Positions 45,231 through 60,277 of a stretch of 64,000 nucleotides of DNA are shown here, piece after piece (the first letter of the stretch is position 1; each line of letters opens with the position of its first letter). The position numbers were made by a program, and so were the translations under genes. The notes under the pieces were generated by a model. That model ran no database searches. It was not told the origin of the DNA and saw nothing but the letters and a program-made list of their open reading frames with translations. Origin of the DNA: Vicugna vicugna (Eukaryota); contig MU061578.1 of the NCBI GenBank assembly GCA_013265495.1, positions 3,855,308-3,919,307 on the forward strand, written 5' to 3'.

Positions 45231-45699
45231 CTCCCCTGTCCTGGTCTCTGCAGGGCCTGGGTTGGCTCTCCAGCCCTCCTGGCCCTCCCACCCTCTAAAT
45301 CTTGACCCATGACCCCTCCCTAGCACGGGCACGGAGGGCGTGAGCCACACGCTGGGCCTGGAAGGAGGACCGCTGCAGCAGCCCTGGGTCCAGCCCAGCT
45401 CAGTGTCTTCTCCCCGTGGGAACTGAGGCCGAGGTCACACGCAGGAGGGTCTGCAGACCCCAGAGCTCCAGATCTAGCTGGGCACCCCACGCTCACCCTG
45501 CACGGCTGCTGGCTCCTCTCAGGCTATTACCTAGACCCGGTAAGCAGGTAAGGGGTGGGAGGAAGCCAGCCCCTACCCCTGCACCTGCCCAGCCCCATCC
45601 GGCAGGTGCTAAGGGGCCTCTGCTTCGCACAGCCAGGCGCTTCCTCTAGTGGACACACAGGGGACTGGGGGACTCCGGAGGGAGCTGGGCTCAGGACAG

Positions 45700-48150
45700 A
45701 AATAAACCTGCTTTATTCCTGGGTGACATGATCGCATACATAGAAGAGTCGGAGTCTTCTACAAACCCCGGAATAAGAGAATCTGGTGAGGCTGTGAGAC
45801 ACAAAATCAATATGCGGAAAATACTGTGTTCCTAAATATCACCCACCCATGAAAATTATACTACTACTTGCCATAGAATTAAAAACAAACCAACAAAATC
45901 TAGTTACTCATTTAAAGAAAGGTGTGCGAAGTCTCTACACCAGAAAGTACAAGGCATCGCTGAGAAAAAACTTTAAAGCCCTAAAGAGATAGGGATATGT
46001 CATGTTTCTGGACTAACAGATCAGTTCGACCCATTTTGACTTAGAGTGTCAGGAAATCCAAGTCAACATCCCATCAGCCTTCCTTCTTGCAGACATTCAC
46101 AGTCTGATTCTAAAATTAAATGAAAATGTGAAGAACCTGGAAGAGCCAAGACAATTTTGAGGAAAAAGACAATGATGCCCCACCCATGCTCTCCGACTTC
46201 AAAACAGCCTAGAGTTACCGTAACTAAGGCTGTGCATTGGGGAAGGACGCACACACAGATAAAAGGAACAGAACAGAGCAGATAGAGATCCAAAAATGAC
46301 AGCGCCACCTGAGTAACGAGAACAATGTCCCCGATACTGAACGGGTAACGGGTGGCCTCTTCAATAAATGGTGCTGGGCTGATAAGATAAGCGTGTGGGG
46401 AGAAGTGAGACTTGGGCTCCCCTTCACATCAGACACAAAGATTAATCCGAGATGGTTTATGTGAAGTGTGGGTGTTGATACTATTAAGCTTGCAAAGCAA
46501 AGCAGGACACTATCTGCATTACTGTGGAATTGTTCCCACCATGAAGGGCAGTGGGCTACCTACGCACCCTCCGCCCCGGGTGAAACTCAGCACTGATCCG
46601 CTGAGCACGCGAGGCAATTCGGCACGGACAGCGGTCCGTGCTCAGTGCTAGGACCGGCAAAACTGCCCATGGTGGCTAAATGATGACAGCGGCTGCCTCC
46701 GGGACTGGAGGAGGGTCTTGACTAGGAGACGTGAGCAAACATTCCAGGTGATGACAATGTTACATATCTTGTTTTGGGTGGTGATTTCATAGGTGCTACA
46801 GTCGTCAAACCGCATTGAATTTGGTTGTATGTCAGCAGATCCATACGTGTGTGTATATAGACTTCGGGTTTCTGCTCGGACAGGTAGACAGCTTGGAAGT
46901 TGCTGCTTCTGTCCTAACAATGAGAAAATGCAGAACACACTGAAAAGCAAGGGAAGCCCCATTGCAGGTCACAGGGCAAACCACTGTCCCCAAACTGGAG
47001 AGATGGATGATCAGAGAGAAGCTTGCACGGTGAGCAGAAGCTGTGCAGCCTGAGAACAGGCACAGAGCGGTTGTTGGACACTCAGCCTGGGCGGGGGAGC
47101 GTCCCAGTCTCCTGGGGTGCCAGTCTTGGGGATGCTTGCACTTTGATGGGTTTTCCCTCCAGGAGCTCCACCAGGCTGTCAGGGAGAAGATCTGAGAAAC
47201 AACCCTTCAGGCTTCAGGCAGAAGGAGGAGAAATAACCCATGAGAAACGTACCCAGAGCTTTCTGTTCTCTGTCACAGAAGCCTGCCTTCAAGGAAAACC
47301 ACGTTACCAGACCCAAGGAAGGACCGGCAGACCACTCAGCCCCCTCCAGCCTTCCTCTCAGCCCAGGGACCAAAGCCCACCAAAACACGGAGATTTGCTC
47401 ATGGGATATGAGAGCCCTTCCCCAGCCTCATCCACAGGGTTCGGGCATATTAACACTGGATCACAGCTGGGAGGACTCTGCACGTGCATTCTATTTGAGG
47501 AAGAGCTTCTAGGGAAACCAAAGGCAACAGGAGAGGCACAACCAGGACACCAGAGAAGTATGAAGCCTCACAAACAGTGGACACAGCCCAAGGCCAGCCA
47601 GGTAAACATAAATCCTCACACGAAACACCTATTTACCTCCTGTTAGCTGGTACATCGTGTCCACTTTCCTCCAAACTATCACAAAGCACGCTAAAAGGCA
47701 ATAAAGGCAGTCGGAAGTGACAAAGCAAGCAATAAAGCCAGACCCAGACATGGCAGAGACTGGGAACTGTCACACTGAGACCTTAAAATAGCTATGATCA
47801 CATGCTCAGGCCGCTCATGGAAAAAGTGAACGCCATGCAGGAACAGATGGGTAATGTCATTTCTTTTCATGCTTGGTAACTTTTTACCTTATTGCACATT
47901 GTGGCAAAATACACGTAACATGAACTTTACCATTTTAGCCATTTTCTGTGTCCAGTTCAGCAGTGTAAAATGCATTCACCTTGCTGTAAGCCTCTCTCCA
48001 GAACTGCTTTCCTCTTACAAAACTGAAGCTCTGTCCAGATTAAACAACCCCTCCCCCAGCCCCTGGCACCCAGCTTTCTACTTTCTGTCTCTATGAATTT
48101 GACACCTCTAGGGACCTCATGCGAGCAGAATCATATAGAATTTGTCCTTT
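45700..48150. mobile_element. Cluster of old LINE-1 (L1M-type) fragments; mirrored at ~57080-59530
   Basis: Degenerate ORF2-like text (cacaaaatcaat, tcttcaataaatggtgctgg) and L1M 3'UTR-like text; subfamilies cannot be assigned by eye. Confidence 0.6.
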
Positions 48151-49989
48151 TGTGTCTATGCCTGGTGGTTTTAAATTGGATGCCAGACCTGGTGTACACC
48201 GTGTGCTTGGTGGCTGGATTTTGCTATGTGAGTTGAAAGAGTTTGAGGCTGTATGCTGGCATTCCGTTAAGTAATTTGGAATCCCTCAGATCCTTCTGAG
48301 GCTTGCTTACAAACTTTCTTAGGGTGGGTCCGGAGAAGCCGTTACTCTACGGCTAATTCCACTCCAATGCGAAGATGACAGGACTTTGCCAGTGCAGGGT
48401 CTTAGGAGGTTTCTCCGATCGACCGGCAGAACATGACATATTCCCAGCCTTGTGTGAGCTCCAGGAATCCATCTGCCTGCTCCCCTCAGATGGATCTCAT
48501 CCCTGACCTCCTTCCTGACGTTGATGCTTTCCTCCCAGGCATTCGGAGGACGCCACTGGACCCCTCTGTGGGTTTCTGCAACCCGCTGTGCCCAAGGACC
48601 TCCTCCCTGGAGTTCTGGCTGCCTTCGCCTTCCCACCCTGCGCTGGGGCCTCGAAGCTGCCTCCAGGGGGGCTGTGGTCATTGTACATCTCTCCTCATCC
48701 TTATCCATCTCTCAGGGACAGCCCCGTGCTGCCTCTCATGTTTGTCAGAAATCGGTATTTCATGTACTTGCCCCAGTGTCCTGCTGTCTACCCTAGGGGG
48801 TCACAGGTGGAAACTATTACCCCATCTTTTCCGGAAGCAGTTGTCTGGGGCTGGGGATCCTTACTGACCACACGGGGCTGGATTCAGAAAGGTAGAGATG
48901 GCCTGTGGCACACGTTACCCTCAAGCAGAACGAGCGCCTCACAGAGCAGAACCTCTTCTTTCTGCTCACGAGAACCACGCTCGGAGTGTACTGAGTGGGA
49001 GACCCTGAGGGTCCTGCATTGGCCATGTCCTCTGCCTTTCTGTGCTTATGTCCCTGACCTCACAAGGGTCATTACCTCCAAGTAGTTTGGAAGACATGGG
49101 GCAGCACTCCAGGTACACGAGCTCTGTCTCTCAAGCATGGATGGCAGGGTGGCCGTGCCTGTCGTGGACGGTGAGTGCTGTGGAACCAGGCCCCTCAGTG
49201 GTGGACAGGTCCTTCCTTCACTCAGCTGTCACCATTGCTGCAGAAAACATAATTTCCCCACAGACATCACAGACAGACGTGTTGTCAACTCTGATCTCCA
49301 AGCTCCCTCTGTCATCCCCAGAGCCCATCCATGGGGAGGTGCACCCCAGGTCCCTCCTTTCACCTCAGGGCAGCAGCCTGACCCAGCCCCAATTTCTTCT
49401 GAGTCCCCCCGTCCCCAGCAGGCTAAGGTGCTCTGGGCATCTCCCAGCTTCCTCTCTCGAGAACTTCCCCCTGACACTTCTCACTTCAGGTCCTACCTCA
49501 ACACAGTGACTTGCAGTGCCAGGAGAGGCAGGACCCCAAAGACCTCAGCCACGGCCAGAGACTTCCACAGGGGTGACCCCTGGAGCTGGCTGCACCCACC
49601 AGCGTTCACTCATTCACTCATCCATTCATTCCACAGTTACGAATCCACAGTAAAGTCAAAGAGGTCATTTCTTTCAGGGCCCTTGATGGACACCAACTGT
49701 GGACAGCATCTCTCGCCAATGTCATGGGACACATCCTTGCAACACAGGGTACTACGTCTCAGGAACTTGCAAATTTGAACCTCAAGATGATTGCCCAGTT
49801 TAGATTGCATTTTCCTTATAGGTGGCAATATTTTATGTGCCCACGGTCACTTACATTTCCTCAATAAATTGTTTATTTGGTTATTATTGATTTTATTTTC
49901 AACTTTTTGTTATCACTCAGATGCAGAGTGAGGAGGTGATCCTTGAGAACTAAGGATACTCACACTGTGAGGGTCTTCCTGAGGACCCA

Positions 49990-50940
49990 GGTGTTGCCCC
50001 AGAATCCAGAGCTTCGTCCTCAGGTGCTACGGAATCTCCGGAACCCAGCAGACTGAGCCTCCCACGCCACCTGGTGACCCCCCAGGGGAGGGACTGGGGC
50101 TTCACCTCACAGTCCTCCAGGGCCCCTTGAAGAAATGGTCCCCCCCTCACCACCCGCACCCTGGGCGACAGTGTAGTTGAGCCCGTGTAGCTCGGGGTGC
50201 AGCACTGACTTGGGTCCTGGGGTTGGGGTGCACCCAGCAGGGTGTTGGCCCCAGGTTGCGCCATCCATGGACCCCAGGTCAGGCCCCACCATAGGCAGAG
50301 GAACCGGGAGAGTGTTAGCCCAGTTCGGGTGATTCAGACACTGTTCTGGGTGCAGCGGAGCCTGGGGAGCCTGCGGCCCGAAGCCTCCCTCCCGTCCATT
50401 CAGGTTTGGAATTTCCGAGTTTGCCGCCCTGCTCTGAGGCCGGGTTGCCGCCTGGTCATAAGTCCTGTAATGAGAGCTGTGTCCAAGGGACAAGGAGCAG
50501 AAAACGACCACAAGGAAAAGGCAGAGGCCGCCCAGCAGAGCCCTATACTCACATCCACTTAATTTTCTAGGAAACATGCTTGGGGCCACTTGTACATGCT
50601 GGATGGCAGCTCCGTCCCCAAGGCCACGCGGTCACGCTTCATGTCACTCACATTTGTTTGTCTCCACCTCTCATCACTCCCCTCTGTGCCCTCTCCCCAC
50701 TTCTGTCCCCTCAGCATTTGGAGAACACCCCTGACTGGACTCTCGGAAATGGCCAGGCACCAGGGAGTGGGGACAGTGCAGTGAGTCCCCTCTGCCCATG
50801 GGGCCTGGGCCGAGAGTTTCAGATGATGCTTCCTTGTTTCATTTCATTTCTTTTATAAATTCAGGTAATCTGAAGCAGAAAACCCACTTCACAAGTCAAG
50901 GGAACTTAGGGTGGGGGGCAAAGCAAAGCAGAATAAATAT
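49990..50940 (+). pseudogene. CACNA1H: Duplicated fragment of the CACNA1H last exon (final ~66 codons, frameshifted, plus 3'UTR)
   Basis: GVAPESRASSSGATESPEP, then a 1-nt deletion; homolog of the TAG at 50188-50190; aligns with 29834-30808. Confidence 0.92.
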
Positions 50941-52056
50941 TAACTTATTTAAGAAAAGCATTGGATTTCCACAGTCAGAATCCATCCCCTGCGTGGGAGG
51001 GTGGTGAGCCCGTGGCCTGGACAAGGGTAGAGTTGGGTGATGCCACCACCTACAGGGCTACGTGGTTCCACAGAGCTCTCCTGTCTCCAGCAGTTCCCCT
51101 ACTTGGGCAGATCTCAGATACAAAGGCCTCCTTCCGAGGGGAAAGTCGAGCTCACCTTGGCAGCTGGAACCACGTAACCACATGGTGTCATTCACACGCT
51201 GGAGAAATGAAGTGTGCTGCAGTGTAGGCAGAAGTTTCTCCTGGCAGAGATGGTGCTGGGTGGGCAGAGGGGGACCCCCACTGGGGAGAGCTTCCCCACT
51301 GGGCAGTGGCCCAGGGCTGGGGGGCCACCCTGCTCTCCACTGTCTCCCTGCCCTGACGCTAGACCCACCCTGCGTCCTGCTGGCCTCTTGGCCCAGGGCT
51401 CTCATCTGCAGCCCCTCTGGTTAGATCCCCCACCCCTTACCCGGGAGAGCAGGAGAAGGGGGCCAGGTCAGGATAGCACTTGTGATCCTTCGAGCTGAAC
51501 GGTGGCTGTGACCACGGTGGGGGACTGTGCCCACACAGAGCTGGTCCAAGATGGGGCCTTCCCTCCACGCAGCACAGCAGGAGCCCGCCGCAGCCAGGAA
51601 GTCCTCCTGACCCACCATGGCCGCCTCCGAGCTAGTCTAGGTGGTGGGAGGTGCCTTCAGGGGCCCTACCTGGCTGAGGCCAGGGCCTATTTGCTCTGAC
51701 CCAGCTGAGCAGTGAATCCCAGCACAGGGCCCCAGGGCTGCCCAGCAGGTGTGGGGTGGGGTGCTGGGGCTCCATCTGGTGGATAATGGGGACCTGCAGG
51801 AGCTCGAGGTGTAGGCTGTCCCTGCAGAGTGGGCTTGGGGGACATGGCTGGACTTGAAGCTCTAGGGTTTTCAGACCCTCCTGCATGTGACCTTGGCCTC
51901 AGTTCCCACAAGGAGAAGACACTGAGCTGGGCCAGACCCAGGGCTCTGTACTGTTCTTTCTCCAGGACCAGCATGTGGCCCACCCCCTCCATGCCCATGT
52001 CTGGGAAGGGTCATGGATCAAGGGTCAGAGGCCAGGAGGGTGGGAGAGCCAACTAG

Positions 52057-52383
52057 GCTCTGTGTAGAAGCAGCGATGTGGGCCAGTGACGGCGGCCACA
52101 GCCCTCACCCACCTGACCATGACGCCTGCAGCCAGGTACTGGTCCCTGGCCAACTAAAGGCCCTCTGTGTCACACTGGGTGCAGAGTAAGGTGAGCCCAG
52201 GATGCCAGGGAGTCAAGGAGTCTCCTTCCTCCACCTTTCTCACCTGGACTAACCTGGCAGGGACCCCAGGGTCCCCAACACTCAGCATGTCCCGCCAATG
52301 GGGGCCACCCCCAGGGCCAAGTACTCATGGCTACAGGTCTCGGGGGGGGGGCGGGCAGGGGGACTGGTGGGCATGTAGAGTTT
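52057..52383 (-). pseudogene. TPSG1: TPSG1-like remnant, near-identical duplicate of 31925-32251
   Basis: Same sequence at offset 20132. Confidence 0.75.
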
Positions 52384-52899
52384 CTGGGGGAGGGGACAGG
52401 CTGCAGAGAAATAGAGCGACCTGGGTGTGGGAGCAATGCTTTGAATCTTGACCCCATTTCTGGGACATGTTGCCTCCTAGAATCACCTAAATGACCTGTG
52501 TCGCTTTCTGTGTTACAAAGCCTGATGCCACTCACCAAAGAGACATAAGCCAGTGTGCTGAGAAGTGAGCCCTGGGCACAACGGGCAGGGGCTGGGGCCA
52601 TGTCCACAGCAAGGCCTGGGGCTCAGGGGCCGTGCCCTGACCCCTTCCCTCTCCCTCAGTGACACCTGTAGCCAGAAACACAGCGAACACCATGTCTGCT
52701 CACGATGCACTTTAATGAGGATTCGTAATCCCTGCCTGCACCCTGGCCCAGGCAGGGAGGGGCTCAGGGCAGGTGGGTCAGCGCAGGGGGCAAGGGGAGA
52801 TGGGGGTAGGGCACCACCCCAGCAGGAAGTAGTGATATGGGGACAGCAGGGGCCTGACTTCTCCGCCAACCCAGGTGACAGCCCCCAGGACCGGCGGGC

Positions 52900-55076
<2,177 letters not shown>

Positions 55077-55263
55077 CTGGAAGGAGAAAGGAGGGGCAGC
55101 AGGAGCGTGGCTGAGGGACTGCAGGGTGGAGGGTGCAGCTAGAGGCTGGGTCACCTGGGGATCAGGGGGTCAGACCAGGGTCTGGGTGGGCTCCAGATCT
55201 GAGGTGTGGACACCCTGCTCCACAGTGTCACCCAGATGTCGGGGTCCTGGTGGGGCTCCTCAC

Positions 55264-55594
55264 CTTGGCCTGTCCCTGCTGCTGTTTTCCCCAGCCGGGC
55301 TTCCCCCACCCATTTATCCTTGCAGAGCAGGACAGGGTCAGAGGAGGGGTGCTGGCCCTCCAATCCAGAGTGGCGGAAGTGGATGACTCAGACCCAGGGC
55401 CCAAGTTCCCCTGCCTGGAAGGGGCCCTGCCACCTCGGCCCCGGACGGTAGCCCCGCATCCTCCGTGAGGTCCAACAACGTCCATCTCTGGGTGTTATCT
55501 GAACAGTTAACGCTGCAATCGGCGGAACCTTGTTATCTGGGGATCTGAGCACCATCAGCAGAGGGACAGGCAGATGGAAGTGATGGGGAGATAG
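55264..55594 (-). promoter_or_regulatory. Tryptase copy 2 promoter and non-coding exon 1
   Basis: Donor at 55264/55263; GATAAAT 55312-55318; CGGAAGT 55374-55380; TGACTCA 55384-55390; GATA motifs at 55495, 55533, 55589. Confidence 0.7.
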
Positions 55595-58500
55595 CAGGAG
55601 AGGCCGGTGCCAGCTTCCCTTGGACACTCCCCCACCAGGCCCTGCCAGCACTGTCCCCCGTGCTGCAAGGCCAGGGTGACCATTGTCCCTCCCTGTTTAC
55701 CCACTTCACCTCCTCACGGTTCTCTGGGCCTTCTGGTTACCTCATGGTTTCCTGGATCCCTTCTTCCCCAACACACCAGCACCTGGGCGGCCCCTCCTTT
55801 ACCCCAGGGGAGCTTGCCCTGCTTCCACCCTGACCAGAGACACTAGCCTAGCTCTTGGGCCTCCCTGTCCCTGGGTGTGTTTCTTCACACTCCAGAGGTG
55901 TACTCAACTGGATTTCTAAACGATCACACCCTTAGAGATTGGCACGGTCTGTCCAGCCCCATCTGAGGCCTCCCTCTAGCAGATTTTATTTCTTACTCAT
56001 TCTCTTAACAAACTTGCCCCAGGGCCTCCAGGTGCTGCATCAGGTCCACCAGGTGGACGGAGATGGGATCCCAGAAGCCCACAGTGGGTGGTGTTGGTGA
56101 TGGTGTAGCCACAACAGGGTGACATTCTGGTGCCCAAGGCTTGCAGGGTACAAGGCTGGGATTTGGGAGGGCAGAGGGCCCGCACCTCCAAAAAAAGGTC
56201 TAATTGGCTGATGTCTCGGAGGAGGACCAATCAGTAGCTGGTGGATGTGAAGGCTCTGATTCGCTAATATTGGACCAATCAGAGAGGCCCTGGATCCTCC
56301 CCTTGTGGGGCCATAGCAGGTGGGAGGGAACTAGGTGATTGGAAGGAGTTAACAGACCCCACCTGGGTCCTCGAGAGGAATCTCACAAGGTGAGTATCCT
56401 TAGTTCTTAAGGACATCCTCCTCACTCTGCAATTCAGTAATAACAAAAAGTTGAAGTCCCTCGTACATGAAATACTGATTTCTGACAAACATGAGAGGCA
56501 GCACGGGGCTGTCCCTGAGAGATGGATAAGGATGAGGAGAGATGTACAATGACCACAGCCCCCCTGGAGGCAGCTTCGAGGCCCCAGCGCAGGGTGGGAA
56601 GGCGAAGGCAGCCAGAACTCCAGGGAGGAGGTCCTTGGGCACAGCGGGTTGCAGAAACCCACAGAGGGGTCCAGTGGCGTCCTCCGAATGCCTGGGAGGA
56701 AAGCATCAACGTCAGGAAGGAGGTCAGGGATGAGATCCATCTGAGGGGAGCAGGCAGATGGATTCCTGGAGCTCACACAAGGCTGGGAATATGTCATGTT
56801 CTGCCGGTCGATCGGAGAAACCTCCTAAGACCCTGCACTGGCAAAGTCCTGTCATCTTCGCATTGGAGTGGAATTAGCCGTAGAGTAACGGCTTCTCCGG
56901 ACCCACCCTAAGAAAGTTTGTAAGCAAGCCTCAGAAGGATCTGAGGGATTCCAAATTACTTAACGGAATGCCAGCATACAGCCTCAAACTCTTTCAACTC
57001 ACATAGCAAAATCCAGCCACCAAGCACACGGTGTACACCAGGTCTGGCATCCAATTTAAAACCACCAGGCATAGACACAAAAGGACAAATTCTATATGAT
57101 TCTGCTCGCATGAGGTCCCTAGAGGTGTCAAATTCATAGAGACAGAAAGTAGAAAGCTGGGTGCCAGGGGCTGGGGGAGGGGTTGTTTAATCTGGACAGA
57201 GCTTCAGTTTTGTAAGAGGAAAGCAGTTCTGGAGAGAGGCTTACAGCAAGGTGAATGCATTTTACACTGCTGAACTGGACACAGAAAATGGCTAAAATGG
57301 TAAAGTTCATGTTACGTGTATTTTGCCACAATGTGCAATAAGGTAAAAAGTTACCAAGCATGAAAAGAAATGACATTACCCATCTGTTCCTGCATGGCGT
57401 TCACTTTTTCCATGAGCGGCCTGAGCATGTGATCATAGCTATTTTAAGGTCTCAGTGTGACAGTTCCCAGTCTCTGCCATGTCTGGGTCTGGCTTTATTG
57501 CTTGCTTTGTCACTTCCGACTGCCTTTATTGCCTTTTAGCGTGCTTTGTGATAGTTTGGAGGAAAGTGGACACGATGTACCAGCTAACAGGAGGTAAATA
57601 GGTGTTTCGTGTGAGGATTTATGTTTACCTGGCTGGCCTTGGGCTGTGTCCACTGTTTGTGAGGCTTCATACTTCTCTGGTGTCCTGGTTGTGCCTCTCC
57701 TGTTGCCTTTGGTTTCCCTAGAAGCTCTTCCTCAAATAGAATGCACGTGCAGAGTCCTCCCAGCTGTGATCCAGTGTTAATATGCCCGAACCCTGTGGAT
57801 GAGGCTGGGGAAGGGCTCTCATATCCCATGAGCAAATCTCCGTGTTTTGGTGGGCTTTGGTCCCTGGGCTGAGAGGAAGGCTGGAGGGGGCTGAGTGGTC
57901 TGCCGGTCCTTCCTTGGGTCTGGTAACGTGGTTTTCCTTGAAGGCAGGCTTCTGTGACAGAGAACAGAAAGCTCTGGGTACGTTTCTCATGGGTTATTTC
58001 TCCTCCTTCTGCCTGAAGCCTGAAGGGTTGTTTCTCAGATCTTCTCCCTGACAGCCTGGTGGAGCTCCTGGAGGGAAAACCCATCAAAGTGCAAGCATCC
58101 CCAAGACTGGCACCCCAGGAGACTGGGACGCTCCCCCGCCCAGGCTGAGTGTCCAACAACCGCTCTGTGCCTGTTCTCAGGCTGCACAGCTTCTGCTCAC
58201 CGTGCAAGCTTCTCTCTGATCATCCATCTCTCCAGTTTGGGGACAGTGGTTTGCCCTGTGACCTGCAATGGGGCTTCCCTTGCTTTTCAGTGTGTTCTGC
58301 ATTTTCTCATTGTTAGGACAGAAGCAGCAACTTCCAAGCTGTCTACCTGTCCGAGCAGAAACCCGAAGTCTATATACACACACGTATGGATCTGCTGACA
58401 TACAACCAAATTCAATGCGGTTTGACGACTGTAGCACCTATGAAATCACCACCCAAAACAAGATATGTAACATTGTCATCACCTGGAATGTTTGCTCACG

Positions 58501-59999
58501 TCTCCTAGTCAAGACCCTCCTCCAGTCCCGGAGGCAGCCGCTGTCATCATTTAGCCACCATGGGCAGTTTTGCCGGTCCTAGCACTGAGCACGGACCGCT
58601 GTCCGTGCCGAATTGCCTCGCGTGCTCAGCGGATCAGTGCTGAGTTTCACCCGGGGCGGAGGGTGCGTAGGTAGCCCACTGCCCTTCATGGTGGGAACAA
58701 TTCCACAGTAATGCAGATAGTGTCCTGCTTTGCTTTGCAAGCTTAATAGTATCAACACCCACACTTCACATAAACCATCTCGGATTAATCTTTGTGTCTG
58801 ATGTGAAGGGGAGCCCAAGTCTCACTTCTCCCCACACGCTTATCTTATCAGCCCAGCACCATTTATTGAAGAGGCCACCCGTTACCCGTTCAGTATCGGG
58901 GACATTGTTCTCGTTACTCAGGTGGCGCTGTCATTTTTGGATCTCTATCTGCTCTGTTCTGTTCCTTTTATCTGTGTGTGCGTCCTTCCCCAATGCACAG
59001 CCTTAGTTACGGTAACTCTAGGCTGTTTTGAAGTCGGAGAGCATGGGTGGGGCATCATTGTCTTTTTCCTCAAAATTGTCTTGGCTCTTCCAGGTTCTTC
59101 ACATTTTCATTTAATTTTAGAATCAGACTGTGAATGTCTGCAAGAAGGAAGGCTGATGGGATGTTGACTTGGATTTCCTGACACTCTAAGTCAAAATGGG
59201 TCGAACTGATCTGTTAGTCCAGAAACATGACATATCCCTATCTCTTTAGGGCTTTAAAGTTTTTTCTCAGCGATGCCTTGTACTTTCTGGTGTAGAGACT
59301 TCGCACACCTTTCTTTAAATGAGTAACTAGATTTTGTTGGTTTGTTTTTAATTCTATGGCAAGTAGTAGTATAATTTTCATGGGTGGGTGATATTTAGGA
59401 ACACAGTATTTTCCGCATATTGATTTTGTGTCTCACAGCCTCACCAGATTCTCTTATTCCGGGGTTTGTAGAAGACTCCGACTCTTCTATGTATGCGATC
59501 ATGTCACCCAGGAATAAAGCAGGTTTATTTCTGTCCTGAGCCCAGCTCCCTCCGGAGTCCCCCAGTCCCCTGTGTGTCCACTAGAGGAAGCGCCTGGCTG
59601 TGCGAAGCAGAGGCCCCTTAGCACCTGCCGGATGGGGCTGGGCAGGTGCAGGGGTAGGGGCTGGCTTCCTCCCACCCCTTACCTGCTTACCGGGTCTAGG
59701 TAATAGCCTGAGAGGAGCCAGCAGCCGTGCAGGGTGAGCGTGGGGTGCCCAGCTAGATCTGGAGCTCTGGGGTCTGCAGACCCTCCTGCGTGTGACCTCG
59801 GCCTCAGTTCCCACGGGGAGAAGACACTGAGCTGGGCTGGACCCAGGGCTGCTGCAGCGGTCCTCCTTCCAGGCCCAGCGTGTGGCTCACGCCCTCCGTG
59901 CCCGTGCTAGGGAGGGGTCATGGGTCAAGATTTAGAGGGTGGGAGGGCCAGGAGGGCTGGAGAGCCAACCCAGGCCCTGCAGAGACCAGGACAGGGGAG

Positions 60000-60277
60000 T
60001 CAGAGGGGCTTGCACAGCCCTCACCCTGCTCACCACGCCTCCTGTAGCCAGGTCCTGGTCCCTGGCCCACTAGACGCCCTCCTGGTTGTCCTTGGGGAAG
60101 TGTTGGGTGAGGACCAGTATGCCGGAGAGTTGAGGCGTCCCCATCTCCAATTCACCCACCTAGGCTCACCTGTTGGGCATCACTGGGGCCCCAGACGTCT
60201 TACCAGTGGGGACCACACTCCGGGCCAGCTGGTCCTGGCACAAGTCTCGGTCCATTCTAGATAGAGGCGCAGGGGCT
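60000..60277 (-). pseudogene. TPSG1: TPSG1-like remnant, inverted duplicate of 44953-45230
   Basis: Mirror copy within the inverted repeat. Confidence 0.7.

Larger units (their letters stand above)
40985..48767 (+). repeat. Large inverted repeat, arm A
   Basis: Reverse complement of 56463-64000; paired ORF coordinates sum to 105230 (44251-48708) and 104970 (42721-43384); inner junction at 48767/56463. Confidence 0.97.

Noticed and set aside
47023..47646. 207-aa ORF duplicated identically at 57584-58207
   Set aside because: Identity is explained by the inverted repeat; no recognisable domain, and it lies in old L1-like sequence.
49137..49778. 213-aa ORF in the spacer
   Set aside because: No recognisable protein features or exon structure; overlaps a (CATT)n L2-like tail.
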